DNA from: Chloroflexota bacterium | GTDB taxonomy: Bacteria; Chloroflexota; UBA6077; FW602-bin22; JAMCVK01 | DNA: 64,000 nt | Direction: 5' to 3' | Assembly: GCA_023475225.1 (NCBI GenBank) | Contig: JAMCVK010000021.1 | Location: forward strand, 14,132-78,131 | In this document: piece by piece, positions 57,015 through 64,000 of the stretch | Layout of the letters: every line of letters starts with the position of its first letter | Numbering within the stretch: the first letter of the stretch is position 1 | Notes under the pieces: generated by a model | Told to the model about the DNA's origin: nothing | Databases searched by the model: none | What the model saw: the letters and a program-made list of their open reading frames with translations, nothing else | Program-made: the position numbers and the translations under genes

Positions 57015-58805
57015 ATGGCTCAAGGAGAACAGCCCCAGCCGGAGACCTATCCGGCCGGAAAACAGGAGGTCGAACTATACATTCGTACCTACAATACCCT
57101 CCTGCGTAGCTCCGGCGAGATTAAGATGAAGGCTTTGCTGCAAGCGCACCTGAATATCGATTCTAGCTTGCATCCAAACGCCCGAAATTCTGCCCCTGAT
57201 CTGACGGCCTTCATTTATTGTACTCTTCGCCTTCCCCCTTGCATCATGCAAACGAGACGGGTAGTCCTCGGGCAATCAGCCGAGGTCTTCAGCGAGCAGG
57301 GATTTGGTGATGTGGAGAGATGGCCAGCTGTAAAGGCGGCCGGTCGCCGTCGTAAGTGGTTTTTTGATGGACAACACACGCTGGCCGTATATATCGCCAG
57401 TGCTTCGGATGTTGACGACCTTATCCCCATACTGGTGGCCTTCCAGATCGAATGGAATAAGTTTTATCGTTTGCTCAATGCCGACTCCACTACCTTACAG
57501 ATGATCATCGAGGGGATGAAGATGTTGCCCACCTCCCCACGCTATGAAGAGACAGTTAAGGTGATTCGTGAAAGACTACTGCTGAGTGCCGACGACTGGG
57601 TACGCCTCGAAGCAGTGTGGGGGGAGAACTTCTGGCTGAATCTCCTCCTGATGGGCAAGATGGAAAGGAACTTCGCGATACGTATGCTCGGCGGTTCTCA
57701 CGTTGGCTATGCTAAAGCGACGCGAAAATGGTGGGCCGCCATCGGTGACTGCTTGACCGACCTACCTCTTGCTGAGAGACCTGTCTATTTCGTCTCCAGT
57801 AATACGCATAGCCTGGTCAATCCTCTTTCTGGCTTCGCCCTGCGTCGCAAGGAGGAACTCGAGCAGTTCGTGAAGATGACAGGCGATGCGGAGTTGCTAC
57901 CTGAGTATGAGAAGCTACAGCGTGGGGAGGTCAAGAGCAGTCGAGAGAATTTCCTGTACTACACGGCCAGGAAATACAGCCTCGATGGCCCGCGGGCCAA
58001 ACGAATGGAAGAAGAACGGCGCCGGGAGGAGGAAGAAAGAGGCATCTACTACGTTCGCAGCACCGCTGGACTCGATATAGATGCTCAAATAATAGACCTG
58101 GCCAGGCTTATCCCCCGAGATTTCGATCCCCGTTTACAGATGGATAATTTGGACTCACTGAAACGGAGCAACGCCATCGTTCTCAACATCGAATATCCCT
58201 TAGGATTAGCTGCCTATCACATCTTGCGCCAGCTGGCCGAGCAGGTCGGCCGCTTCAAGGGCATCTATATCCTCGGCAAAGCGGCCACCTTGAATGGCAG
58301 CATTGGTGACGTGATGATCCCTAATGTAGTGTTTGACGAGCATTCGGGAAATACCTATTGGCTTGACAACTGCTTTACGGCCCAGGATATAAGCCCCTTC
58401 TTGATCTACGGCTCAGTTTTAGACAATCAGAAAACGGTCTCTGTAAAGGGGACCTTCCTGCAAAATCGCCAATACCTGGAACTCTATTACCGCGAGAGTT
58501 ATACCGTGGTGGAGATGGAGGCCGGGCCGTACCTTAATGCCCTTTATGAAAGCATCTATCCGACCCGTTACCCGGTTGGGGAGAACATTAACTTCACTAA
58601 GTTGCCCTTTGTCATCGGTCTGTTACACTACGCCTCAGACACCCCCTACACGCGGGGCAAGAATCTGGGGGCAAAGCGGCAGTCATATTATGGCATGGAC
58701 TCTGCCTATGCTACCTCCATTGCCATCTTACGTCATATCCTGAGCAAAGAGGTTGCCGACGAACAACTCCTTACAACGGAACAGAGGCCATCTCTGGTGC
58801 TTTAG
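57015..58805 (+). CDS. Large protein with C-terminal nucleoside phosphorylase/nucleosidase-fold (PNP_UDP-like) domain and unknown ~380-aa N-terminal region
   Basis: The C-terminal NIEYPLGLAAYHILRQLAEQVGRFKGIYILGKAATLNGSIGDVMIPNVVFDEH...VVEMEAGPYLNA parallels the phosphorylase-fold core of AMP nucleosidase (IGHCGGL..GDYVL...AIDMESA). Confidence 0.55.
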   Translation: MAQGEQPQPETYPAGKQEVELYIRTYNTLLRSSGEIKMKALLQAHLNIDSSLHPNARNSAPDLTAFIYCTLRLPPCIMQTRRVVLGQSAEVFSEQGFGDVERWPAVKAAGRRRKWFFDGQHTLAVYIASASDVDDLIPILVAFQIEWNKFYRLLNADSTTLQMIIEGMKMLPTSPRYEETVKVIRERLLLSADDWVRLEAVWGENFWLNLLLMGKMERNFAIRMLGGSHVGYAKATRKWWAAIGDCLTDLPLAERPVYFVSSNTHSLVNPLSGFALRRKEELEQFVKMTGDAELLPEYEKLQRGEVKSSRENFLYYTARKYSLDGPRAKRMEEERRREEEERGIYYVRSTAGLDIDAQIIDLARLIPRDFDPRLQMDNLDSLKRSNAIVLNIEYPLGLAAYHILRQLAEQVGRFKGIYILGKAATLNGSIGDVMIPNVVFDEHSGNTYWLDNCFTAQDISPFLIYGSVLDNQKTVSVKGTFLQNRQYLELYYRESYTVVEMEAGPYLNALYESIYPTRYPVGENINFTKLPFVIGLLHYASDTPYTRGKNLGAKRQSYYGMDSAYATSIAILRHILSKEVADEQLLTTEQRPSLVL

Positions 58806-58851
58806 CATTACAGCGGGCGAAGATAGCTATTTTAGTAAGTGCCAGCCCCTC

Positions 58852-59187
58852 TTAAGCGAGCAAAGGGATCACGCAGAGGAAGCGCAGTGTCCCCTCACCT
58901 CTGTTGACGAACTGGTGTTTCTCATTGGGAGAGACGAAGACGACCATGCCCTCCTTAAGGGGCACATCTCCACTCTCCCCCCTCACCAGCCCTTCGCCCC
59001 CTACGACGAAGACTTCATGCTCCTCAGGATGGGTGTGAAAGGGAGTGTCACACCCTGGCTCGACTTCGAAGAGGCGCATGGCGAAATTTGGCGCTCCATC
59101 ACGCCTGGTGATGAGCCAGCGCACGGCCACACCTGGTGCCTCCCTAACGGGCTCTGGCGTTATCTCTGTATGGTTATTCACCTTCAT
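58852..59187 (-). CDS. Cupin domain protein
   Basis: FHTHPEEHEVFVVGGEG and VFVSPNEKHQFVN cupin motifs. ATG 59187 is preferred because the ORF extension to 59244 enters the repeat element. Confidence 0.8.
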   Translation of the reverse strand: MKVNNHTEITPEPVREAPGVAVRWLITRRDGAPNFAMRLFEVEPGCDTPFHTHPEEHEVFVVGGEGLVRGESGDVPLKEGMVVFVSPNEKHQFVNRGEGTLRFLCVIPLLA

Positions 59188-59216
59188 CGGTTCCCCCTTA
59201 GCTAGAGTGAATATCT

Positions 59217-59479
59217 CCCCCAAATCCGCCTTCGGCGGGTTCAAGGTAGCCCTGCGGGCTTTTTATGTTCTGGGGCACCCTCACCCCCTTAATCCCCTCT
59301 CCCGCTTTGCGAAAGTAGGGGCGAGGTCACCTCGCCCCTACTAGGGCGGAGCCCTAGAACCCTCCCAGAAGGGGTCACCCCCTTCTGGACTACCCCCAAC
59401 ACTGTGGGAGAAGGGGGATTGAACCTGGGCTGCATCCTACTTCGCTCCCAGCGGTGGGGCGGCGCCCCCTTGGAACCCC
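59217..59479. repeat. Large composite copy of the dispersed GC-rich mosaic hairpin repeat family (inverted relative to 9030-9470)
   Basis: The reverse complement of 59240-59345 is nearly identical to 9279-9402, apart from a ~23-nt internal duplication in the latter. The flanking modules are also colinear. Confidence 0.8.
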
Positions 59480-59520
59480 TGGTTATTCAACACCTTCAGT
59501 CAGGAGACTGGAGGATAACT

Positions 59521-59730
59521 CTATCGCAGCTCCTCCCGCCCGATCTCCCTCAACCTCGCCCCAGCCGCGGTCCTCAACTGCTCTGTCATGCGGTAACCGG
59601 TTTCTTGCTCAAACCGCTCAAACTCCTCATCCAGGTGAAGTAGCTTATGTACGGCCTCCCGTGGCGTTACCCGCAGAAAACGCCGTTCAAAAGCCTGATG
59701 CAGCCAACATCCTTGACCATCCAAATACAT
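59521..59730 (-). CDS. Possible small helical protein downstream of acsB
   Basis: 69-aa ORF, 42 nt after the acsB stop. No recognisable motif. Confidence 0.3.
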   Translation of the reverse strand: MYLDGQGCWLHQAFERRFLRVTPREAVHKLLHLDEEFERFEQETGYRMTEQLRTAAGARLREIGREELR

Positions 59731-59772
59731 ATCCCGTCTCCCAAACAGCAGAGGTTGAAGCCCCTTGACTGA

Positions 59773-62049
59773 TCAGAGCAACGGCTCCATAGTCAGAGCC
59801 GGATGCCCCTTCTCCTCCAGGAAGGGTAGCAGCTCCTCAAGTGTGGTGGCCACGCGTTCATCGGCGATCTTCTCGATGAGGTCTGGTTCCCCTTCTCGTT
59901 CAGCTGCGGCCTGCAGCTCCTCGGCCATGCTCTCCTTCAGGAAGGAGGAGAGCCAAACAATCCTTTTGAGCCCCCCATCGGCGGAGATGAATTTCTTGCT
60001 AATGAGGTAATACTTGCCCACCCCCATTACCCCAGGCGTCTGCAATCCCCCACCAGCCATACCGGCCAGGGTAGAAAAGGTCATGCCCGCCGGCGTCATG
60101 CTGGGGTCCTCGCGGGAGACGACCATTATCCCGTTGGCCTCGGGGATAAGCATGGCGATACACTCAAAACAGCCACAGGCGGTCATAGGATTTTCCATGA
60201 TCGAATAGAGGGCCACCTCCGGCACCGCACCATGAGAGTTCTGTTGAACGAACTCGTTCACCCGATCGAAGTAGCCTTTCACTGGGTCCAGGCAGCGACC
60301 CTTGGGGATGGGTTGGTTCGGGCCAGTAGAGTTTATCTCATAGGAGGCCCGGCAGTCCAACCAGTTATAAGCGCCACAGAGCCCCAGCCGCTCCGGGGTG
60401 ATTACGCAGACGTGGTTCGGAGCGAAACTCTGACAGAGTGTACAGGAGTAGAAGGTATCTACCGACTCGTCTACCATATCGGCCAGGCGCACGTTGCGCT
60501 CCTGATAGGCCGCACGTGCCCTCTCCAGCCAGTGCTCAATTTGGGTCTCATCTGTGTAAAGCTTGACCTGCACCTTGTCTACGATGGCCCCGAAATCAGC
60601 GTGGAAGCGGGCGTGGAGGATCTTGCCCAGATGCTCGAGCTGGAAACCCTTCTCCGCTGCGGCCTTGCTGATGCGAATCCAGGTGATGTCACGTTGCCCG
60701 ATATGCTGCACGCCTGAGGCACCGTTAATGAAGTGGTGGATTTGCCGCTCCAGGACCGGCTCGAAATCCCTCTGCATCCGACGGCCGGCCACCTCAACCA
60801 TGATGCCCAGATGCACATTGGCCCCTATCTTGTATTCATCGATGGCGGGTCCTATCACCTCGACCTTACCATCGTCTACCTCATCTAGATCGCGCATCAC
60901 CAGGTACTCGAAACAGCGTCCCTCCTTGCCGCCGAACTCGACGCGCATATCGTCCCGCCTCACGCGCTCGCCCTCGAAGGCTGAACCGTAGGGCACTGGG
61001 ATGGGCATCTCCGTGATACGCACTTTGACGCCACGTACCTCGATGCATTTCTGGATGAGTCGCTCAGCGCGCTCCAGGTCATCGCTACCCTCGAGTTCAT
61101 CAAAGGGCATAGAGACAACGTGCTCGTAGGTAGTGATGCCCCGGGGCAGGATCTGCGGGATGACTGTATCAGCGATGGTAGGGAAACCATAGCTGATGGC
61201 CCCGGCCGCGGTAGCGTATTTCAGATCATCTACCTCCCCCAAAGCCAGAACGAAGGCGAAGACACGGTATTTATTGTAAAGTAGCACCTCTCGAGCCTGA
61301 CCACCTTTAAGACCACCAAAGGTCAGGGCTGAGCGGGTGGCGAATCCCAAGGCGTAAATGGCTGATATAGTGTTGGTGCCAAAGGGGACGGTATAGGTGT
61401 CGTAACCCAGCTCCACCCCCTCCTCCATGAGTTGTTGGATGATGCTACGACCGCCGGCGCTGCCAGAGAGAAAGACCAGGATGTTGCGTCGCTGTAGCTC
61501 GCGCACAATCTTTACCGCCACCTCGTTGGACTTGGCTGCCCCAACGATGGCCGCGAAACCGGGCATTCGACCGTCCACCAGCTGAATGCCCCAGGCACGT
61601 AGCTGGATGTCGTCAATTGGCCCATTCAGACGTCCGTCGCCCTTGATCATATCGGGGCTGGTGAAGCTGGCCCCAACAGTGTAGCCACCCCAATCCATCT
61701 TCTCCGGTTGTTCACCATAGACGAAACGGATTCCCATGATCGCCTCTTCGGCCAGGAGGGTCGCTACCCCGCAATCAAGGGTCTCACCCAGATAGGGTAG
61801 CCACAGGCTAGCAGCTGGAACGGGATGGAGAAGATGCTTAGCATGCTCGAGCACGGGGACGAGGTCTCCCAATCGCTCAACCTTAAGGCCACTGAACCCA
61901 TAGATTACGGGAAGATAATAGGCCGTATTGGGGAAAGCAACAGCCGCTTCCGGCCCACGCTCGGCGATAGCCTTTTGTAGTAGTTCCTCTGCCTCCTTGA
62001 CGATGTGATTAGCACCACGAATAGCCGCCGTAGCGATGTAACGAGACAT
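59773..62049 (-). CDS. acsB: Acetyl-CoA synthase (CODH/ACS alpha subunit, A-cluster)
   Basis: 758 aa. A-cluster Cys motifs SCTLCQSFAPNHVCV...LCGA and ACGCFEC. N-terminus AAIRGANHIV...FPNTAYYLPVIY is typical of AcsB. RBS GGAAGGAGGA. Confidence 0.93.
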   Translation of the reverse strand: MSRYIATAAIRGANHIVKEAEELLQKAIAERGPEAAVAFPNTAYYLPVIYGFSGLKVERLGDLVPVLEHAKHLLHPVPAASLWLPYLGETLDCGVATLLAEEAIMGIRFVYGEQPEKMDWGGYTVGASFTSPDMIKGDGRLNGPIDDIQLRAWGIQLVDGRMPGFAAIVGAAKSNEVAVKIVRELQRRNILVFLSGSAGGRSIIQQLMEEGVELGYDTYTVPFGTNTISAIYALGFATRSALTFGGLKGGQAREVLLYNKYRVFAFVLALGEVDDLKYATAAGAISYGFPTIADTVIPQILPRGITTYEHVVSMPFDELEGSDDLERAERLIQKCIEVRGVKVRITEMPIPVPYGSAFEGERVRRDDMRVEFGGKEGRCFEYLVMRDLDEVDDGKVEVIGPAIDEYKIGANVHLGIMVEVAGRRMQRDFEPVLERQIHHFINGASGVQHIGQRDITWIRISKAAAEKGFQLEHLGKILHARFHADFGAIVDKVQVKLYTDETQIEHWLERARAAYQERNVRLADMVDESVDTFYSCTLCQSFAPNHVCVITPERLGLCGAYNWLDCRASYEINSTGPNQPIPKGRCLDPVKGYFDRVNEFVQQNSHGAVPEVALYSIMENPMTACGCFECIAMLIPEANGIMVVSREDPSMTPAGMTFSTLAGMAGGGLQTPGVMGVGKYYLISKKFISADGGLKRIVWLSSFLKESMAEELQAAAEREGEPDLIEKIADERVATTLEELLPFLEEKGHPALTMEPLL

Positions 62050-62067
62050 CCCTGTTTCCTCCTTCCT

Positions 62068-64000
62068 TTAAACCGCCACGGCCTTCTCTGCGCCAGCCAG
62101 ACCGCGCAGGCTGCTCAGCCGTTGCTCTTCGGGCATAGCCAGCAGCTCCAGGAGACGTCGGTCGCCACTTCGACCGAAGCGGGTGGGGTCATAGGTGGCC
62201 AGATTAAGAGCCGCCCGCTTCTCATCGATATGGTGCAGGGACTTTTCAACGATCTTGGCTGGATCAGGCTCGAACTCCAGTCTTCCCCCCACCAGCTCCT
62301 GCCAGCCACGGTTGATAAGGTCGGTGACCTCTGGGCTTCCCCCCACGGGAGAGCCTACTCCAAAGATGACGTAAGCGCCGGAGGCGACGAAGTAGGCCCC
62401 AATAGCCAGAGCCTTCTCACTCATCCACTCTGGGGCGATGCCTACGGCCGGTAGATCAGCGATGTCCTCCCCCAGCCCCCCCTCAGTAGCCATCTGGCTG
62501 AGAACAGTGAGGATGCGGGAGTTATCAACACAGGAGCCGAGATGCAGCACCGGGGGAATACCGATAGCCTCGCAGACTTCCCTTAAGCCTGGACCAGCAT
62601 CCTCCATAGCCTGACCGACCATAAGTCCATACTTGGCGCTGGCCAGGGCTCCACAGCCAGTCTGGGCTACCAGGACATCATTCTTTATCAATTCTCTGAC
62701 AATATAGTTATGGGCCTGATCATGAGGCGTGCGAGGATTATTACAACCAACGACGCCAGCCACGCCACGAATGCGCCCATCAATGACGGCATCGTTTAGA
62801 GGGCGGAAGGAGCCACGGTAATAGCCTCCCTGCATATAAACGAGGTACTCATGAGAGAAGCCAGGAACCAGGTCCTGAGTCACCTGGGGTATGTTCACCT
62901 TCCCTCGTTTGGGGAAGTTATCGATGGCCAGACGCACGATCTGTTTGGCGATCTCTATCGCTCGGTGTTCATCGAACTCTATATGGGTCGCTCCTTTGAT
63001 TTTGACCTTGGGCGAGGTAGTGATGACTGCGGTATGGAACCTTGTGGCCAGGTCAGGGAGGGCCTGCATAATACACTGCACATCTACAACCATGGCGTCG
63101 ACCGCCCCGGTAATGATGGCCAGTTCCTGGTTCAAGAAATTGCCCGCCGAGGGCACGCCCTGGCGCATCAAGACCTCGTTAGACGTGCAGCAGATACCGG
63201 CCAGGTTAATGCCCTTCGCCCCTTTGCTTTTAGCGTACTCCACCAGCTCAGGAGCCCTGGCGGCCAGCACAATCATCTCCGATAGGCTGGGCTCATGGCC
63301 ATGAATGACGACGTTCACCTCATCTTCTTTGAGTACCCCTAGGTTCACCTTGGCGGTAAGGGGGCCGGGTGTGCCGAAGAGGATATCTGAGAGATCAGTG
63401 CCCAACATAGAGCCTCCCCAGCCATCGGCTAAGGCAGTGCGTAGAGCCTGCCTCAAGAGATGCTCGGCATCCTGATCGTTCCCCATATGGGTGCGGTGCA
63501 ACATATCTACTACTTCGCGGTCAACGCCCCGCGGGATAAGCCCCACCCTCTGCCAGAGCTCCTGGCGCCTCTGGGGTGCACGAGCAAGATAGGGCAACGC
63601 CCCTCGCTGTTGGCCAAAGATGGCGATGGATTTCTCGGCCAGGGCACGGGCGACCTCCTCCCTGGACTTGCCCTCGACCTTGAGGCCAAGGAATTGGGCT
63701 ACGTTGTGTAGCTTGACCTCGTCTTTAATCTGGTAACCAGGGGCTGTCCCCTCAGCCACGGCCAGGAGTGCGAAAGCGAGGTCCCGTCCGTGATCAGAGT
63801 GAGAGGCCGCGCCGGCGGCGATGGCCCTGGCCAGGTTACGGGCACTGACTGTCTCCAGGGTAGCCCCACAGATGCCCACCTGTCCCTCTTTGACCAGGCG
63901 ACAGGGCCCCATCTCACAGTTCTTGCAACAGCGGCCATCAGCCCCAATGGGACAGGGCTTCATCTCCTCGGCCCGCTGAAAGGCAGTGGATAATCCCTCC
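62068..64000 (-). CDS. acsA: Ni-Fe-S carbon monoxide dehydrogenase catalytic subunit (CODH/ACS beta, CooS/AcsA); 5' end probably beyond the window
   Basis: CPIGADGRCCKNCEMGPCR D/B-cluster motifs and C-cluster regions (HGHEP, GCNNPR-like, GSCVDN). The frame stays open from ATG 63963 to the window end (EGLSTAFQRAEE), so the true start is probably upstream. Confidence 0.92.
   Translation of the reverse strand, partial: EGLSTAFQRAEEMKPCPIGADGRCCKNCEMGPCRLVKEGQVGICGATLETVSARNLARAIAAGAASHSDHGRDLAFALLAVAEGTAPGYQIKDEVKLHNVAQFLGLKVEGKSREEVARALAEKSIAIFGQQRGALPYLARAPQRRQELWQRVGLIPRGVDREVVDMLHRTHMGNDQDAEHLLRQALRTALADGWGGSMLGTDLSDILFGTPGPLTAKVNLGVLKEDEVNVVIHGHEPSLSEMIVLAARAPELVEYAKSKGAKGINLAGICCTSNEVLMRQGVPSAGNFLNQELAIITGAVDAMVVDVQCIMQALPDLATRFHTAVITTSPKVKIKGATHIEFDEHRAIEIAKQIVRLAIDNFPKRGKVNIPQVTQDLVPGFSHEYLVYMQGGYYRGSFRPLNDAVIDGRIRGVAGVVGCNNPRTPHDQAHNYIVRELIKNDVLVAQTGCGALASAKYGLMVGQAMEDAGPGLREVCEAIGIPPVLHLGSCVDNSRILTVLSQMATEGGLGEDIADLPAVGIAPEWMSEKALAIGAYFVASGAYVIFGVGSPVGGSPEVTDLINRGWQELVGGRLEFEPDPAKIVEKSLHHIDEKRAALNLATYDPTRFGRSGDRRLLELLAMPEEQRLSSLRGLAGAEKAVAV

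Overview
This is a 64-kb stretch of a moderately GC-rich bacterial chromosome. The gene content points to a strict anaerobe: CODH/ACS (acsA-acsB), four-subunit pyruvate:ferredoxin oxidoreductase, a flavodiiron protein and rubrerythrin. Taxonomy cannot be assigned by eye. Layout: (i) 0-9 kb is a minus-strand housekeeping block (antiporter-like subunit fragment, DUF362, rhomboid, dut, NERD, fabF, plsX, gyrB, membrane protein). (ii) 9.4-12.3 kb holds an MFS exporter and galE. (iii) 12.3-27.1 kb is a variable region. It starts with a 1.9-kb MazF-type toxin-antitoxin cassette, apparently inserted by single-crossover recombination at the galE/cyclase junction. It continues with an ~11.5-kb integrase-less island bounded by tRNA-Ala(CGC) and a 16/17-nt direct repeat of the tRNA 3' end. 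(iv) 27-45 kb holds MFS transporters, a reductive pyrimidine-catabolism cluster with a Mop-like molybdoenzyme and a GntR regulator, a GT39 glycosyltransferase, and a two-component system with a PepSY protein. (v) 45.6-57 kb is an oxygen/iron-stress neighbourhood: cupin, a tandem ferritin-like protein with an encapsulin targeting peptide, porGDAB, a flavodiiron protein, the encapsulin shell, rubrerythrin and mntH. An AT-richer EcoRV-like type II R-M cassette plus an orphan HEPN-like gene interrupts it. (vi) 57-64 kb holds a large phosphorylase-fold protein, a cupin, acsB and a partial acsA. The most interesting locus is the island. It is essentially one translationally coupled type I R-M operon (hsdM...hsdS...hsdR) interleaved with two uncharacterised two-gene modules: HTH-ImmA/IrrE + DUF4411, and TcmP + DUF5131. 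A separately promoted SDH-family Clp-fold protease pair follows. A dispersed family of GC-rich mosaic hairpin repeats occupies at least eight intergenic sites. No CRISPR array, rRNA, transposase or integrase was seen.
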